Below, piece by piece: positions 61,594-64,000 of a DNA stretch of 64,000 nucleotides. The notes under the pieces were generated by a model, which did no database searches, was not told the origin of the DNA, and saw only the letters and a list, made by a program, of their open reading frames with translations. The position numbers were made by a program, and so were the translations under genes. This DNA comes from Oscillospiraceae bacterium (GTDB lineage Bacteria; Bacillota; Clostridia; Oscillospirales; Oscillospiraceae). Location of the stretch: positions 17,637 through 81,636 of the forward strand of contig JAETQF010000011.1 in NCBI GenBank assembly GCA_021770845.1, given 5' to 3'. Numbering within the stretch: position 1 is the first letter of the stretch; the number at the start of each line of letters is the position of its first letter.

Positions 61594-63051
61594 ATGGCAG
61601 AGAAGAAAAAGAGACGCTCGATAAGCACATTTGCCATTCTGCTGGCCGTGCTGCTGGTGGTGTCCATCGTCACCTGGATTGCCAGCGGCCAGACCTACAC
61701 CGGATTTGACGAGGAGACCGGCGAGGCCGTGGAGATGGCGGTGGAGGGCGCGTCCCTCAGCGACATCCTGATGGCCCCCATCGCCGGCTGGCATGACGCC
61801 GGCGACGTGATTGGCTTCGTGTTCTGCCTGGGCGCCTTCCTGTCTATCCTGAACGCCACCGGCGCTTTGGAGACCGGCATTCAGGTGCTGGTGAAAAAGC
61901 TGAAGGGCAAGGAACTGGTGCTGGTCTGGATCCTGATGTTCCTGTTCTCCGTGGGCGGTACCACCTACGGCATGGGCGAGGAGACCGTGGGCTTCTATAT
62001 CCTGCTGGCCGCCACCATGATGGCCGCGGGCTTTGATCCCATGGTGGGCGCGGCCACCGTCCTGCTGGGCGCCGGCACCGGCGTGCTGGGCTCCACCATC
62101 AACCCCTTCGCCACCGGCGCCGCCGTGGCCGCGGCGGGCGTGGATCTCAATATGGGCATCGTGTATGTGGAGGCCATCATCCTCTGGCTGAGCACCTATG
62201 TGATCTCCGCCCTGTTTGTCACCGCCTACGCCCGGAAGGTGAAGGACGGCAAGGGCTCCATCTTCACCGCCGAGCAGATCGGCGAGTGCAAGGCCGCCTA
62301 CGGCACCTCCACCGAGATCTCGGACGACGTCCGCCTCACCGGCCGTCAAAAGGGCGTTCTGGTTGTGTTTGCCCTGGCCTTTGTGGTGATGATCCTGGGC
62401 TTCATCCCCTGGGAGGATCTGAACGAGGGCATCTTCAATGCCTTTGGCTTCTCCGGCGTGCTCACCGGCAATCCCTTCGGCTGGTGGTGGTTCGACGACG
62501 CGGCCACCTGGTTCCTGCTGATGGGCATTATCATCGGCCTCATCGGCCTGGACGACAAGAGCAAGATGATGCCCTGCATCGTGGCCGGCTTTGCCGATAT
62601 GATCTCCGTCAACCTGGTCATCGCCCTGGCCCGCGCCACCACCGTCATCATGACTACCACCGGTCTGGGCACCTGGCTGGTGGAGGCTTCCGTCACCGCG
62701 CTGTCCGCCTCCGGCCTGCCCGCCCCCATCTTCGGCTTCCTGGATTACCTGCTCCATGTGGGGCTGAGCTTCCTGGTGCCGTCCTCCTCCGGCCTGGCCA
62801 GTCTGTCCGCCCCCATCGTGTCCCCCATCGTGGCGGGCATGGGCTGGTCTGTGGAGACCTCCATCATGATCAACGTGGCCGCCAACGGCTTCGTGAACCT
62901 GTTCACCCCCACCTGCGGCTTCATCATGGGCGGCCTGGCTCTGGCCCGTGTGCCCTGGGAGACCTGGGTGAAGTGGGCGGCCAAGCTGCTGGCCATCATC
63001 GCGGTGGTTTCCGCCGTGATCCTCACCGTGGCTATGCTGATTCTGAGCTGA
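61594..63051 (+). CDS. YfcC-family (putative arginine/ornithine) transporter
   Basis: GGTTYGMGEE, STINPFATG, VPSSSG, PTCG; last gene of the arc operon. Confidence 0.88.
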   Translation: MAEKKKRRSISTFAILLAVLLVVSIVTWIASGQTYTGFDEETGEAVEMAVEGASLSDILMAPIAGWHDAGDVIGFVFCLGAFLSILNATGALETGIQVLVKKLKGKELVLVWILMFLFSVGGTTYGMGEETVGFYILLAATMMAAGFDPMVGAATVLLGAGTGVLGSTINPFATGAAVAAAGVDLNMGIVYVEAIILWLSTYVISALFVTAYARKVKDGKGSIFTAEQIGECKAAYGTSTEISDDVRLTGRQKGVLVVFALAFVVMILGFIPWEDLNEGIFNAFGFSGVLTGNPFGWWWFDDAATWFLLMGIIIGLIGLDDKSKMMPCIVAGFADMISVNLVIALARATTVIMTTTGLGTWLVEASVTALSASGLPAPIFGFLDYLLHVGLSFLVPSSSGLASLSAPIVSPIVAGMGWSVETSIMINVAANGFVNLFTPTCGFIMGGLALARVPWETWVKWAAKLLAIIAVVSAVILTVAMLILS

Positions 63052-63084
63052 CCCTGACGTTTCGCAGCGTTTTCCCACATCAGG

Positions 63085-63125
63085 AAAAGCCGGCCGTATG
63101 TGCCTGTCACATACGGCCGGGCTTT
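63085..63125 (+). terminator. arc operon terminator
   Basis: GCCGGCCGTATGTG...CACATACGGCCGG(G)C followed by TTT. Confidence 0.7.
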
Positions 63126-63169
63126 CCTGTTCCCCGTGCTCGACATGAGAAAGGCTGAAGGTGATCCGT

Positions 63170-64000
63170 TTGAACCGACCTGCGGTATTGCAGGACAACC
63201 TGTCCGCTTCCAGCGACCCCGCCGCCATCTGCTCCTTTGACTATGAGGCCATCCAGGCCCCCACCAAGCCGTTGATCCACCAGTCCGCCCGGTTTATCTA
63301 CATCAAGCGGGGCAGGGGCGTCATTGAGGTGAGCGGCGAGCCCTATGACATCAAGCCGGACACGCTGGTGGCCGTCACCCCCTGGACGATCACCGAGATC
63401 ACCCGGGTGGAGCAGACCCTGCAATTCATGTTCATCGTGTATGACTACCACTACATCAACTCCATGCTGAAGGGGATCCCCGGGCTGGAGGAGGACAGCT
63501 CCGAGCTGCTGCGCTTCCTGTCCATGGAGCCGGTGGTGTACCTGGACTCGGTGCAGGCGGCCTGCATCGACAATCTGGCCGAGCAGCTCCGGACGGAGCT
63601 GGGGGTGGAGTCCACCCGGGCCAACCCGCCCCAGGACAGGCCCCTGTCCCAGCTCTATGTCACCAACAAGCTCATCGAGCTGATGATCCTCTACCGGCGG
63701 TACGTCATGGCCACCCGGGGAGAGAAGGACTACGAGAAGGACATCGCCGCGGAGCGCTCCATCCTCAGCTACCTCTACGCCCACTCCAACCAGCGGCTCA
63801 CCCTGGCCAGCGTGGCGGGGGCCTTCTTCATCTCCGAGTCCACCCTGTCCAAGCGGATCGCGGAGACCACCGGTACCACCTTCTCCAAGCTGCTGTCCAG
63901 CATCCGCATTGAGAAGGTGTCCGACTACCTGATCTATACCGACCTGACCCTGGACGCCATCGCCGCCCTCACCGGGTTTGTGGACGCGTCCCACCTCTCC
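63170..64000 (+). CDS. AraC-family transcriptional regulator (runs off window end)
   Basis: Open frame to the window end, so absent from the ORF track; cupin-like N-terminus then LTLASVAGAFFISESTLSK...IAALTGFVDASHLS; start uncertain (63161 or 63170). Confidence 0.85.
   Translation, partial: MNRPAVLQDNLSASSDPAAICSFDYEAIQAPTKPLIHQSARFIYIKRGRGVIEVSGEPYDIKPDTLVAVTPWTITEITRVEQTLQFMFIVYDYHYINSMLKGIPGLEEDSSELLRFLSMEPVVYLDSVQAACIDNLAEQLRTELGVESTRANPPQDRPLSQLYVTNKLIELMILYRRYVMATRGEKDYEKDIAAERSILSYLYAHSNQRLTLASVAGAFFISESTLSKRIAETTGTTFSKLLSSIRIEKVSDYLIYTDLTLDAIAALTGFVDASHLS

Overview
Chromosomal window from a high-GC anaerobic Firmicute; gene content, a sporulation gene and the REP-like repeats suggest an Oscillospiraceae-like gut Clostridium (inference). 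Left (1-12.5 kb): a 14-gene tungsten aldehyde:ferredoxin oxidoreductase locus with ferredoxin, AOR, MoaD, TupABC, MoeB, two MoeA, MoaC, MoaA, MOSC, MogA and an Fe-alcohol dehydrogenase. It has no MoaE, and its TupA appears circularly permuted. 12.5-19 kb: an AT-rich island at the 3' end of tRNA-Leu(CAA) carrying a ~1490-aa nuclease-STAND-ATPase (Avs-like defence protein) and a single-ORF IS3 transposase. 19-23 kb: a sigma-A-type operon fapA-cheX-cheY-(TerB-like/AAA+), with further orphan signalling proteins (PilZ; hemerythrin-CheX-like-REC) elsewhere and no flagellar or cheA/cheW genes in the window. The remainder is mostly housekeeping and metabolism: transporters, cold-shock protein, TatD, two Na/Pi cotransporters (one behind a yybP-ykoY Mn riboswitch), a host-glycan locus (GH88, kduI, GH112 gnpA, sugar ABC, AraC with an in-frame TAG), PFOR, a minimal SufC/SufBD pair, pyrB with a fused PyrI zinc domain behind a non-PyrR attenuator-like leader, and an arginine deiminase operon. 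No CRISPR array or rRNA was seen. All calls come from reading motifs by eye; no searches were run.
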